The notes under the pieces were generated by a model, which had not been told where the DNA came from, ran no database searches, and saw only the letters and a program-made list of their open reading frames with translations. From assembly GCA_965223155.1 (NCBI GenBank), contig CBDCVR010000015.1, positions 1,024,001 through 1,088,000 of the forward strand: DNA of 64,000 nucleotides, written 5' to 3'. Below are positions 29,963-39,645 of this stretch, piece after piece. The translations under genes and the position numbers were made by a program. Each line of letters opens with the position of its first letter. Within the stretch, counting starts at the first letter, position 1. The DNA comes from Candidatus Multivoradales bacterium (GTDB lineage Bacteria; Acidobacteriota; Thermoanaerobaculia; Multivoradales; JAHEKO01).

Positions 29963-31117
29963 ATGACTGCGACCAAGAAGTTCTTTTCAGGCAACAGCGT
30001 CGAGCAGGCGGTGCTCCAGGCCGCCCGCCATTTTCGGATCGAGCCCGAGGAGCTCGCCTACCGGCAGGTAGAGCGCAAGCATGGCTTCTTGCGGGCGCGC
30101 CGGCGGATCGTGATTGCCGTGGACGAGGCCCAGCCGGTTCTGGCTGCGGCACAGGAGGCGGCAAGCTCGTCACCGAGCGCTTCAGCCGCCGAGCCGGCGA
30201 CCGCCGAGAGCGCCGCCCCAGACGTCATTGCCATTGATATCACGACCGGCGAAGCCGACATCGGCGGGAGAAAGCAAGAGTTCCTGTCCGATGCTTCCGC
30301 CGAGGAAGCGCCTTCGAAGGAAGCCCCGGAGCCGCAGGGGCCGACGTCTGAGGAGCTCGTGTCCGAAGCGGCTGAAAATGACGGCGCGGACAGCGTGATG
30401 AGTCGGGACGTGGACTGGGATTGGAGCGCGGAGTCGGCCGCGGAGGAGGGTTCGGCGGAGTCGTCCTCTCGAGCGGAAGCCGAAAGCGAGGTCGTGAGGC
30501 AGGCCGAGCAAGCGGCGGAACCAGGAAGAACGCCATCGGAGCCAGCAGAGCCAGCAGAGCCAGCAGAGCGGGCGGAGCCGGTCGAGCCGGCGGGCCCTCG
30601 CGGCCGATCGGCAGCCGGAAGAGACGATATCGACGTCTGGGAGACGATTTCACGCCAGGATGCGGTCGAAGCGGCCGAAGAGGGCCTACGCCGCTTGCTC
30701 TGCCTGGGCGATCTGGAGCTCGCGGCCGAGATTCAGACCACGGCCGACGGCCTCGAGATCGAACTTTCTGGCGAGAGCGAAGATCTTCTCTTCGAGGATC
30801 GGGGCCGCTTGCTCCTGGCCATTCAGCACCTCCTGCCCCGGACGATTCGCGGCTTGACCGGCGTGTCGGTGTCCTGCCGGGTGGATTCGGACAACTTCCA
30901 TGAGATCCGGGCCGAGCAGCTTCGCGTGCTGGCCCAGGACGCCGCCGCCGAGGTCCGCCACGAACGCCGGACGCGGCTCTTGGAACCGATGTCTCCGGAC
31001 GAACGGCGCATCATCCACGTCACCCTCGCCGACGACCCCGCGGTCGAGACCGAGAGCCAGGGTAGCGGGCTCTTCAAGCGGGTCGCGATCCGGCCGCTCC
31101 GCCGTCTTCGGCGCTAA
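29963..31117 (+). CDS. jag: Jag/KhpB RNA-binding protein (Jag-N, acidic linker, KH, R3H)
   Basis: FSGNSVEQAV N-terminus; LEPMSPDERRIIH R3H motif; follows yidC. Confidence 0.9.
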   Translation: MTATKKFFSGNSVEQAVLQAARHFRIEPEELAYRQVERKHGFLRARRRIVIAVDEAQPVLAAAQEAASSSPSASAAEPATAESAAPDVIAIDITTGEADIGGRKQEFLSDASAEEAPSKEAPEPQGPTSEELVSEAAENDGADSVMSRDVDWDWSAESAAEEGSAESSSRAEAESEVVRQAEQAAEPGRTPSEPAEPAEPAERAEPVEPAGPRGRSAAGRDDIDVWETISRQDAVEAAEEGLRRLLCLGDLELAAEIQTTADGLEIELSGESEDLLFEDRGRLLLAIQHLLPRTIRGLTGVSVSCRVDSDNFHEIRAEQLRVLAQDAAAEVRHERRTRLLEPMSPDERRIIHVTLADDPAVETESQGSGLFKRVAIRPLRRLRR

Positions 31118-31283
31118 CGCGGTCACAGGAGCCGGCGGACCTCACCGAAGAGGTCCCGGGAACCAGGCTTCCTTGGCGCAGTCGTACTGCTACGAGGAAT
31201 ATCCCCCGACGTGGTCGGGCGCGATCCGCCGCCCGTGCCGTTCGGACCCGCCCAGGATGGGCACCGGAGTGCGTCAAGGGCGA

Positions 31284-31299
31284 TGTTTCACGTGAAACA
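31284..31299. promoter_or_regulatory. parS centromere site
   Basis: Perfect palindrome TGTTTCACGTGAAACA about 0.7 kb upstream of parA. Confidence 0.95.
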
Positions 31300-31379
31300 T
31301 TACGTGCCCACCGCCCGCGAAGGGTCTCTGCGCCAGGTGTATCCGTCCCGATGCCCAAGATGCCCAATAGAATGGCGGC

Positions 31380-32027
31380 ATGTTGGCGGCGCCCCGGAAC
31401 GCGATTGCATCCCAGGAGGCCCTTCAAGAAGGGCTGGAACGGGCGCTGGGAGTTCCGGTCGAGGCTGACGTTGCAGCCCGTCTCTGGTGCCACTACCAGC
31501 TCTTGCTGCCCTGGTCGAGTCGCCATTCTCTAATCGGCCCGACCGAGGCGAATCGCTTGCTCGAAGACCACTACGCCGAGAGTTTGCGGGGTCTCGATCT
31601 TGTCCGCTCGGCGCGGCGGCTGCTGGACGTGGGCTCCGGGGCCGGATTTCCGGGTTGGGTCCTGGCTGCCGCGCTAGGAGACACCTGTGAGGTGTCCCTG
31701 GTGGAGTCTCGGTCCAAGAAAGCCGCCTTCTTGCGAACGGCCGCCGGCCGGGCACGATTGGCCTGCCGTGTTGTCAGTGCTAGAGTTTCGCGCCTTGAAC
31801 CTCCGCTAGGAATCGGAAGCGTTGACTTGGTGACCATGCGAGCCGTCCGCTGCGACCGGGATCTCTTGTCCGGCCTTGAACGCTGCCTGACCGAGGATGC
31901 GCGCATCGTGCGCTGGGAGGGGCCGGCCCAGCGCGAGAAGGCGATTGGGGGTTTCGCGCGCGGGGCCAGGGTCGATCTACCCCGCGGCCGGGGCCGGATT
32001 CAGGAGTGGGTGCGAGGCGCCGTATGA
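31380..32027 (+). CDS. rsmG: 16S rRNA m7G527 methyltransferase
   Basis: LLDVGSGAGFPG, VESRSKKAAFL, VTMRAV; precedes parA. Confidence 0.9.
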   Translation: MLAAPRNAIASQEALQEGLERALGVPVEADVAARLWCHYQLLLPWSSRHSLIGPTEANRLLEDHYAESLRGLDLVRSARRLLDVGSGAGFPGWVLAAALGDTCEVSLVESRSKKAAFLRTAAGRARLACRVVSARVSRLEPPLGIGSVDLVTMRAVRCDRDLLSGLERCLTEDARIVRWEGPAQREKAIGGFARGARVDLPRGRGRIQEWVRGAV

Positions 32028-32779
32028 CGGTTCTCGCGATCGCCAACCAGAAGGGCGGCGTCGGCAAGACGACGACCGCGATCAACCTGGCCGCGGCGCT
32101 CGCCGCCCTCGAGCACAAGGTCCTGGTGGTGGATGTCGATCCCCAAGGCAACGCCTCGCGCGGGCTCGGCCTCGAAGTCGAAGCGCCTCACCTCTACCAC
32201 GTCCTGATCGGTGAGGCCACGATGGCCGAGGTCGTCCAGCCGACCGGGTTGGAGTATCTCGAGGTCGCCCCGAGCGACCGCTCGCTGGTCGGCGCCGAGG
32301 TCGAGTTCGTCGGGCTTGAAGGCTGGCAGAGCCGCTTGGCGCGGGCGGCTGCCAGTGTGCGTTCGGACTATCGGTTCCTCATCATCGACTGCCCTCCTTC
32401 GCTGGGCCACTTGACCGTTAGCGCGCTGGTGGCGGCCGATTCGGTGCTGGTGCCGCTCCAGTGCGAGTACTTTGCCCTCGAAGGCATGACCGAGCTGATC
32501 CAGACCCTGAACCGGATTCGGGGAGCGCTCAACCCTCGGCTCGCCTTGGGTGGAATTCTCCTGACCATGTACGACGAGCGCACCAACCTGGGACGGGACG
32601 TGGCCGAAGAGGCGCGCAAGCACTTTCCCGGCGAGGTGTTCGATACCGTGATTCCCCGCAACGTTCGGCTGGCCGAGGCCCCAAGTCATGGCCTGCCCAT
32701 CGTGTCCTATGACATCAAGAGCCGCGGCGCCCAGGCCTACCTGGCGCTGGCCCGCGAGTTCCTGGAAAGGCAGAACTGA
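32024..32779 (+). CDS. parA: Chromosome partitioning ATPase ParA/Soj
   Basis: NQKGGVGKTT, DPQGNA, IDCPPSLG, IPRNVRLAEAPS. Confidence 0.97.
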   Translation: MTVLAIANQKGGVGKTTTAINLAAALAALEHKVLVVDVDPQGNASRGLGLEVEAPHLYHVLIGEATMAEVVQPTGLEYLEVAPSDRSLVGAEVEFVGLEGWQSRLARAAASVRSDYRFLIIDCPPSLGHLTVSALVAADSVLVPLQCEYFALEGMTELIQTLNRIRGALNPRLALGGILLTMYDERTNLGRDVAEEARKHFPGEVFDTVIPRNVRLAEAPSHGLPIVSYDIKSRGAQAYLALAREFLERQN

Positions 32780-33663
32780 TGGCGAAACGAAGAGGATTGG
32801 GACGAGGGCTAGATGCCCTGCTAGCGGTTGAGAAACCGGCGCCTGCCGCCGAGACCCCACCGGGCGCGGGCGCTTCGGTGGAGTCCGCGCCGATCGAAGC
32901 CCTGGCGCCCAACCGCTACCAGCCGCGCCGGGAGTTCGCCGAGGACGCGTTGGCCGAGCTGGCCGATTCCATCCAGAGCCAGGGAGTGATTCAACCCATT
33001 CTGGTGACGCCCCGGGCCGAGGGGGGCTACATGATCCTGGCCGGAGAACGGCGCTGGCGCGCGGCCCGGAAGGCGGGGCTCGAGAGCGTGCCGATCGCGG
33101 TACGGGCCGAGGCTAGCGAGCGCGACATGCTCGAGATTGCCCTGGTCGAGAACATCCAGCGCAGCGACCTCAACGTTCTGGAAGAGGCCGAGGCTTTCGA
33201 GCGGCTGAGCCAGGAGTTCGGGCTGTCCCATGCAGAGATCGCCTCCCGCGTCGGCAAGAGCCGAGCCTCGATCTCGAACACGCTGCGCCTCTTGAGCCTG
33301 CCCGAGCCGGTCAAGGCTCTGCTGCGCGAAGGCTCGCTCTCGGCGGGGCAGGCACGGCCGCTGGTGACCCTGCGGGATCGAGAGGCCCGGATCCGGCTGG
33401 CTCAGCGGGCGGTTCGAGATCGGCTCTCAGCTCGCCGGTTGGAGGAGCTGGCCCAGGCGGCGGCCGACGAGGCGGCAGGTTCAGATAAGCAGGCAAGCTC
33501 GAAGGATGTCGTGGATCCGGACACGCAGGCCGCCGAAGAAAAGTTAACCAGAAAATTGCAAACAAAGGTCGCCATCCGGCGGCGGGGTCAAGGCGGCAAA
33601 GTCGTCATTGCATTTCACTCCGAGGAAGACCTTATGAGACTCTATGAAGTCTTGATGGGCTAG
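32779..33663 (+). CDS. parB: Chromosome partitioning protein ParB/Spo0J
   Basis: GLGRGLDALL, QPR, AGERRWRA, ENIQRSDLN, HTH. Confidence 0.97.
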   Translation: MAKRRGLGRGLDALLAVEKPAPAAETPPGAGASVESAPIEALAPNRYQPRREFAEDALAELADSIQSQGVIQPILVTPRAEGGYMILAGERRWRAARKAGLESVPIAVRAEASERDMLEIALVENIQRSDLNVLEEAEAFERLSQEFGLSHAEIASRVGKSRASISNTLRLLSLPEPVKALLREGSLSAGQARPLVTLRDREARIRLAQRAVRDRLSARRLEELAQAAADEAAGSDKQASSKDVVDPDTQAAEEKLTRKLQTKVAIRRRGQGGKVVIAFHSEEDLMRLYEVLMG

Positions 33664-33674
33664 GAGGCTCGGGC

Positions 33675-34121
33675 ATGAAGAAACGATCGGAAGGACAACG
33701 AGGCGACCTCAACGGGTTTTTGGACGCCGGCAGCTTCATCAAGGGGGAGCTTCATTTCGAGGACACCTTCCGGCTGGATGGCAAGCTCGAAGGCGCGGTC
33801 GAATCGCACGGCGATCTGGTGGTGGGGGAGAACGGCCAAGTCGAGGCGAAAGTTTCCGTGGGCCGGATCTATGTCTCCGGCACGGTGCGGGGCAGCATCG
33901 TGGCGCGGCGGCGGGTCGAGATCGCGAGCGGAGCCAAGGTCTATGCCGATCTCGAGACCCCGAGTCTGGTGGTCGAGGACGGCGCCGTGCTCCAGGGCCG
34001 CTGCAACATGGGAGGCCAGGGAGGCAGGGGGGGCAGGGACGGCTCGGCCGAAAGCGGCCGGCGAGAGGCTACGGCGAAGAGGGCAGTGGTGACGCCGATG
34101 CCTCTGCCGAAGGAAGGCTAG
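33675..34121 (+). CDS. Bactofilin (polymer-forming cytoskeletal protein)
   Basis: IKGELHFEDTFRLDGKLEG...LVVEDGAVLQGRC beta-helix pattern; follows parB. Confidence 0.88.
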   Translation: MKKRSEGQRGDLNGFLDAGSFIKGELHFEDTFRLDGKLEGAVESHGDLVVGENGQVEAKVSVGRIYVSGTVRGSIVARRRVEIASGAKVYADLETPSLVVEDGAVLQGRCNMGGQGGRGGRDGSAESGRREATAKRAVVTPMPLPKEG

Positions 34122-35880
34122 GTGTCTCGTCCAGGGACGGCGGCTGGCCGACCAGAGTCTCGTAGGAGGGGACAAAGGTCAGCGGCGCCCCGGCGACGAA
34201 GGCCGAATCAAAGGCATCCACCAAGACGTCGCCGTCCAGATCGCGGCTGATCGGCAGGCGGGAGCCGTAGAGAAGCGTCGGCGCTACGTCCAGCACGCTG
34301 CCGTGTTCGAGCGAGGCGCCCTGGCGCACGCCGTCGCCCAAGAGCAGCATCATGCCCGGCCCCGGCGGCGCCAGCGTGCCCTCGTTCGAGCGGCCGCTGA
34401 CGGCGTAGGCGATCCGCTGCCAGCCGGATGGCGCCTGCCGGCCAAAGGGACTCACCACGGCGAGGAGCTTCGGCCCGTCCTGGCGCTCCCAGAGCTGCGC
34501 CAGAAAACCATCGAGCTGACGGTAGTAGGCGGTGATGACCCGTGCCGCCAGCTGACGCCGGGCGCTCTGGATGCCGACGACCTCGAAGGCCGAGAAGCCT
34601 CCGAAGAACCGGCGCGAGGCCTCGTCGAGGCCCGGTAGCAGCAGAAAAAGCCCGCGCAGGTCGCGCCGCTGCTGGTCGAGAAAACTCGCTAGCGACTGAC
34701 GCCAGACGTCCCCGGCAAGCGCCGCCAGCACCTCGGGCGGCGCCTCGCCGAACTCTCCAACGACCTCGGCGTCGAGCTCGTTGACGCCTACCTGAAAAAG
34801 CGCGCCGCGCTCGGCAAGCTCGGGCGGCAGAGCCGCTGCCGCCGAGAAGTTGCCGGCAAAATAGCGCTCGGCGAAGGTGAAGGCCGAGGTCTCGATCACC
34901 GGATAAAGGGACGGCCAGGAGACGATGCCAGTCGGGGAGCCCAGGCGGGAGTGGATCTCCCACAGCGCGAGACTCCGCCGCTGGGCCGCATCCGGCCGTT
35001 CGGGAGAAAACCCCGGCATCCAGCCCAGCGGTAGGGGCAGGCGCCACGGCACGAGAGACAGGAGCGGCTCGTCCCGCAAGAGCCGGGCGCGCAAAGCCCG
35101 CTCGGAGAGAACGCCGTGCTTGTACGGATACTTGCCGGTCGCGAGCGTGGTCCAGGCGGCCGAGCGGAAGACCGGGCTCAAGGGTTCGAGCCGGGCATGG
35201 ACGCCGTCGTCCAGGAGGTGCGAGAAGAACGGCAATTGTCCCTGTTCGGCGAGAGGCAAGATCGCTTCGAGCGTCGCTCCTTCGATACCGACGACAAAAA
35301 GCTTGGGGCTCTCCCCGAGCTCGATCATCGAGTCCAGAGGAGCGATCTTGGCGGGTGGTCGGAAGGCCTCGCGCCGTTCGCCCAGGACCCAAACCGAAGC
35401 GAGCGAAAGAACGAGGAACAAGGCGCGCGAGCGCCGTCCGTAGGGACGCTGGGAGAAGGAGTGGAGAAGAGCGGTGTAGAAAAGACCGACGCTGATTGCG
35501 GTAAGCCAGAGCGCGGCTTTGATGAGCCTGCGGCTGATGCCAGGGGGAGCGTAGAACGAGAGTGACGATGCCTGGATCCAGACCGCGACCGCCGCCGCCA
35601 CCAAGACCCCCACGATGGCCCACGGCAGGACGCGCGCCGCCGCCTCCGGCCGCCGCCAGGCAAGAAGGGTCAGGAGCACTGAGCTCGCCAGCCCCAAGGC
35701 CAGGCCCGAAAGCGCCGTCGTGCGCGCGAACAGCAGCCAGCCGAACTCGATCTCGGGATTCAGAAACAGCAACAGGCCGGCCAAGAGCGCGCCGGCGAGC
35801 AATCCCGGCAGGACGTTGAGGGTCAGTTGGCGCCAACGATCGGCGGCGCCAAGGAACCGTCGAAAGGAAGACGTGGGCAT
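34069..35880 (-). CDS. Membrane-anchored alkaline phosphatase superfamily protein with degenerate active site
   Basis: About 5 N-terminal TM helices; GIEGAT, AWTTLATGKYPYKHG, LDVAPTLLY...DLDG. Confidence 0.75.
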   Translation of the reverse strand: MPTSSFRRFLGAADRWRQLTLNVLPGLLAGALLAGLLLFLNPEIEFGWLLFARTTALSGLALGLASSVLLTLLAWRRPEAAARVLPWAIVGVLVAAAVAVWIQASSLSFYAPPGISRRLIKAALWLTAISVGLFYTALLHSFSQRPYGRRSRALFLVLSLASVWVLGERREAFRPPAKIAPLDSMIELGESPKLFVVGIEGATLEAILPLAEQGQLPFFSHLLDDGVHARLEPLSPVFRSAAWTTLATGKYPYKHGVLSERALRARLLRDEPLLSLVPWRLPLPLGWMPGFSPERPDAAQRRSLALWEIHSRLGSPTGIVSWPSLYPVIETSAFTFAERYFAGNFSAAAALPPELAERGALFQVGVNELDAEVVGEFGEAPPEVLAALAGDVWRQSLASFLDQQRRDLRGLFLLLPGLDEASRRFFGGFSAFEVVGIQSARRQLAARVITAYYRQLDGFLAQLWERQDGPKLLAVVSPFGRQAPSGWQRIAYAVSGRSNEGTLAPPGPGMMLLLGDGVRQGASLEHGSVLDVAPTLLYGSRLPISRDLDGDVLVDAFDSAFVAGAPLTFVPSYETLVGQPPSLDETPSLPSAEASASPLPSSP

Positions 35881-35934
35881 CCCAGTGAGCGCTTTGCTAG
35901 ATTCGCGCAGGCGGGCTGACCGCAAGGCGACTCG

Positions 35935-37023
35935 GTGTCCAAGCACAATAGCAAAGCCCTCGGCCATCGCTTGCTCCTGAGCTTGCCGCCGGAGACGGCT
36001 CACGAGCTGGTGATCTCGGCCCTTGCAACCGCGGGGTTGCCACTAGCGGGCCGCGCCCTCCGCCACGCCCTTGGCGTCAAGTACGGCCGCCGGCACCCGG
36101 CGCTCGAACGCCGGGCCCTGCTCGGTCTCGACTTCGCCAACCCCATTGGCCTGGCGGCGGGCTTTGACAAGGACGGTCGCGCCATCGCCGGGCTCGCCCG
36201 ACTGGGGTTCGGCTGGCTCGAGGTCGGCGCAGTCACCCCCCGCCCCCAGGCGGGCAATCCCCGCCCGCGCCTCTTCCGTCACCCCGAGGCACGAAGCCTC
36301 GAGAACGCGATGGGATTCAATAACCAAGGGGGCGCGGCTCTGGCTCGGCGCTTGGCGAAGGTCTATCCGGCAGCCGTTCCGGTGTTGGTCAACCTGGGCC
36401 GGAACAAGACCACGCCGAACGAGCGCGCGGTCGATGACTATTTGGAGCTGATCGAGCTTCTTGTCGACCGCTGCGACGGCTACGTGCTGAACGTCTCCTC
36501 GCCCAACACCCCTGGGCTGCGTGAGCTGCAGGGCGGCGGCGCGACGGCCGGCCTCGTGTCGGCCGCCCGTTCGGCCACCGAGCTGCCGGTTCTGGTCAAG
36601 CTCTCGCCCGATCTCGAGCCCGTTGAGCTCGAGCGCACGGTCGAGGAAGCGATCGGAGCCGGCACGGCCGCGATCATCGTCACCAACACGACAATCGACT
36701 ACGAGCTCTTACCCGGGGCTCGCCGCTTCGGCGGCTTGAGCGGAACGGTGCTAGCGGCAAAGAGCCGGGCCGTGCTCGCGGTCGTGGCCCGCAAGTGCCG
36801 CGGACGTTGTCCAGTCGTGAGCGTCGGCGGTATCGACTCGGGCCAGGAGGCGTACCGCCGCCTCCGCGCCGGCGCCGACTTGGTTCAGCTCTATACCGCG
36901 CTCGTCTACGAGGGTCCGGGCCTCGTTGCCCGGATGCTCGACGAGCTCATCGAATGTCTCGACCGGGACGGATTGACGAACATCGCCCAGGCCGTGGGCG
37001 CGGACTTCGAGGACCAAACATGA
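35935..37023 (+). CDS. pyrD: Quinone-dependent dihydroorotate dehydrogenase
   Basis: NPIGLAAGFDKDG, NVSSPNTPGLR, VKLSPD, TNTT, GGLSG. Confidence 0.95.
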   Translation: MSKHNSKALGHRLLLSLPPETAHELVISALATAGLPLAGRALRHALGVKYGRRHPALERRALLGLDFANPIGLAAGFDKDGRAIAGLARLGFGWLEVGAVTPRPQAGNPRPRLFRHPEARSLENAMGFNNQGGAALARRLAKVYPAAVPVLVNLGRNKTTPNERAVDDYLELIELLVDRCDGYVLNVSSPNTPGLRELQGGGATAGLVSAARSATELPVLVKLSPDLEPVELERTVEEAIGAGTAAIIVTNTTIDYELLPGARRFGGLSGTVLAAKSRAVLAVVARKCRGRCPVVSVGGIDSGQEAYRRLRAGADLVQLYTALVYEGPGLVARMLDELIECLDRDGLTNIAQAVGADFEDQT

Positions 37024-37823
37024 ACGAAACGAAGGAGGCCAAGGACTACGTGGCGATCGCTCTCGACACCGCTGAGCGATGGCAGTTCGAGCACTGGTGT
37101 GAGCGCTTCGGCGGGCGGGCTGGCACCTTGAAGGTCGGTCTCGAGACCTTCATGCGTTGGGGGCCCGAGGCCGTGCGGCTGGCCACCGGAACCGGCTCCC
37201 GGGTCTTTCTGGACGTCAAGCTTCACGACATCCCGAATACCGTGGCCGGTGCGGTGCGCGGCCTCGCGGATCTAGGCGTGAGCTACGTCACCGTCCACGC
37301 CGGTGGCGGCTCGCGCATGCTCGAGGCGGCGGTCGAGGCGGCCAAGCTTGCGGACGGTCCGGCGATTCTGGCGGTCACGGTCCTGACACATCTCGAGAAC
37401 GCCGAGCTGATCGAGCTCGATCTGCCGGGCGGCTCGGCCGAGCGCGTGAGCCGGTGGGCCGAGCTCGCGGCCGGTAGCGGCTGCGACGGGATCGTGTGCT
37501 CGCCGCGAGAAGCGGCCGCCGTGGCGGGCCTGCGGTCGGCCTTCGAGGCGCGGGCCGGCTCCGACGGCCCTGGCGGCCCAGACAGTGAGATGCCGACGAG
37601 ACCGAAGCGCCTCGAGATCGTGACCCCGGGCATCCGGCCCGACGGCGGGTTCGAAGAGAATGGCTTCGCCGACGATCAGCGCCGGACGGCGACCCCTGCC
37701 GAGGCACTTGGCGCCGGGGCCGATCTCTTGGTGGTGGGCCGTCCGGTTACCCGCGCTCGGGATCCGGAACGGGCCCTGGCTCTCTTGATCGACGAGATCG
37801 AGGCGGCGCTACCGCCTCGCTAG
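37020..37823 (+). CDS. pyrF: Orotidine-5'-phosphate decarboxylase
   Basis: FLDVKLHDIPNTV, VTVLT, VTPGIR, VVGRP. Confidence 0.95.
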   Translation: MNETKEAKDYVAIALDTAERWQFEHWCERFGGRAGTLKVGLETFMRWGPEAVRLATGTGSRVFLDVKLHDIPNTVAGAVRGLADLGVSYVTVHAGGGSRMLEAAVEAAKLADGPAILAVTVLTHLENAELIELDLPGGSAERVSRWAELAAGSGCDGIVCSPREAAAVAGLRSAFEARAGSDGPGGPDSEMPTRPKRLEIVTPGIRPDGGFEENGFADDQRRTATPAEALGAGADLLVVGRPVTRARDPERALALLIDEIEAALPPR

Positions 37824-37867
37824 AACCTTTTTCTTGAGCCGGGCGCGCGAGCCTTGGAACGATCAGG

Positions 37868-38245
37868 CTAGAGCAGGAAGACGGGCCGGTCGACCTTGAT
37901 CTCGAAATCCCAGTCGTAGGTCGTAAAGAAAAGGTTGATGGGCATCGTGTAGCTGCACTGAATGCGCACACGCCCACCCACCCGCTGGGCCGAGACCTGC
38001 TTCGGATCGACCGGAAGCTCCAGGTCCCTGGCTCGCGCCGCGACGTTCTTCTCGATGGTCTGCATGGGAGTATCCGCCGCCCGCTCGGCCTGACGGGTCA
38101 TGAACTCCTCGAGCTCTGCCTTCTTGGCCATCGCCGGGACGGCCTGGTAGGCGCCGTAGGCGAACAGCAGGCCCAGCGCCATCCAGACCAGGCAGCCCAG
38201 TTTTATCTCGCCAGTACGTAACGGCCGGTTCATCATGTGGGTCAT
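37868..38245 (-). CDS. Small single-TM protein downstream of lepB (DUF4845-like)
   Basis: N-terminal G...hydrophobic helix, then a soluble domain; operon position. Confidence 0.6.
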   Translation of the reverse strand: MTHMMNRPLRTGEIKLGCLVWMALGLLFAYGAYQAVPAMAKKAELEEFMTRQAERAADTPMQTIEKNVAARARDLELPVDPKQVSAQRVGGRVRIQCSYTMPINLFFTTYDWDFEIKVDRPVFLL

Positions 38246-38255
38246 CTTAACCCGG

Positions 38256-38957
38256 CTAGCGAATCGGCCGCAGTGTCCTATTCCACCGCGTCCGGACCGG
38301 AAAATGGACCATCACCTCGGCGAGCTGGCGGAACCGGTGGCCGTAGCCCCGCCAGACCTCGCCGTCGTGGCGGGAGTCGAACGACCAGTAGACGGCAAGC
38401 GCCCGGCCCTTGACGAAGTCTTTCGGCACCGTGCCCCAGAAGCGGGAATCGTGGGACTCGTCCCGGTTATCCCCCATGACGAAGATCTGGTCGTCGGGCA
38501 CTTGCAGAGGACCGAAATTGTCCCGGAATCGGTATTCCTCATCCAGAAAAATCGAGCGCGGATAGATGCGCTCGTCTTTGTGAAACACGTACCCGCCTTC
38601 TTCGATTGCCTGCTCGTTGACGAAGAGCTTCTTGTCCCGGATCTCGATCCGGTCTCCACCGACCGCTACCGCCCGCTTGATGAAGTCGCGGGTCGGATCG
38701 CCGGGGAAGCGGAAGACGACGACGTCACCGCGGCGCACTTCGCGGTGGGCGAACGGCCACCTGACCTCGGGGGCCGCGGCTCCCTCCGGGGTCGCGCCGA
38801 AGAGGAACTTGTTGACCAGGATGTGGTCGCCGACGAGGAGGTTTTCCTCCATCGACCGGGACGGGATCTTGAAGGCCTGGACCACGTAGGTCCGAGCGAA
38901 CGTGGCCAGGATGACGGCGATCAGGAGAGCTTCGAGATAGTCGCGCAGCGACGACAT
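38256..38957 (-). CDS. lepB: Signal peptidase I (copy 2)
   Basis: IPSRSME, FIKR, MGDNRDESHDSRFWG. Confidence 0.93.
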   Translation of the reverse strand: MSSLRDYLEALLIAVILATFARTYVVQAFKIPSRSMEENLLVGDHILVNKFLFGATPEGAAAPEVRWPFAHREVRRGDVVVFRFPGDPTRDFIKRAVAVGGDRIEIRDKKLFVNEQAIEEGGYVFHKDERIYPRSIFLDEEYRFRDNFGPLQVPDDQIFVMGDNRDESHDSRFWGTVPKDFVKGRALAVYWSFDSRHDGEVWRGYGHRFRQLAEVMVHFPVRTRWNRTLRPIR

Positions 38958-38964
38958 CGGTGCC

Positions 38965-39645
38965 TTACCGAACGACGTGGAGCGTGCGCCGCCAGCGGGT
39001 TTCGGTCAGAAAGCCGAGAGCGGTCTGGCCGAGCTGTTTGAGGCGCGCGCCCCAGCCGGGCCAGGAGCCGTCGGGGGTGGTGCCGCCAAAGGACCAGTAG
39101 ACCAGAAACGCCCGGCCCTTGACGTAGTGCGCCGGGACCGGACCCCAGAAACGGGAGTCGTACGAGTGGTCCCGGTTGTCCCCCATGCAGAAGTAGCTCT
39201 CGGGCGGCACTACGTAGGGACCGAAGTGATCGCGCCCGCGGAGCCCCTGCTGGAAGCGGCTGGATTCGCGATGGACGGCGAAGGCCGACTCGTCCTGCTC
39301 GACGCCGTTGATCAAGAGCTTCTTGTTGACGACCTGGATCGTGTCGCCGGGCACGCCGATACAGCGCTTGACCATGTCGACCCCGGGCCGCTCGGGGGAC
39401 TTGAAGATGACGACGTCGCCGCGCTGGACCTTGCGCAGCGGCAGCAGCAGCTCTTCGAGCTTTGAATCCGCCGCCCCGTAGATGAAGCGGTTCACGAAGA
39501 GGTGGTCGCCCACCAGCAGGGTTTCCTCCATCGAAGCGCTCGGGATGTAGAAGGTCTTGAAGACGAACGCGTTCGAGAAGCCCAAGAAGATGCCGGCGAT
39601 CAGCAGGGCCTCGAAGTACTCGCGGAAGGTGGACTGGCGCTTCAT
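38965..39645 (-). CDS. lepB: Signal peptidase I (copy 1)
   Basis: IPSASME, MVKR, MGDNRDHSYDSRFWG. Confidence 0.93.
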   Translation of the reverse strand: MKRQSTFREYFEALLIAGIFLGFSNAFVFKTFYIPSASMEETLLVGDHLFVNRFIYGAADSKLEELLLPLRKVQRGDVVIFKSPERPGVDMVKRCIGVPGDTIQVVNKKLLINGVEQDESAFAVHRESSRFQQGLRGRDHFGPYVVPPESYFCMGDNRDHSYDSRFWGPVPAHYVKGRAFLVYWSFGGTTPDGSWPGWGARLKQLGQTALGFLTETRWRRTLHVVR

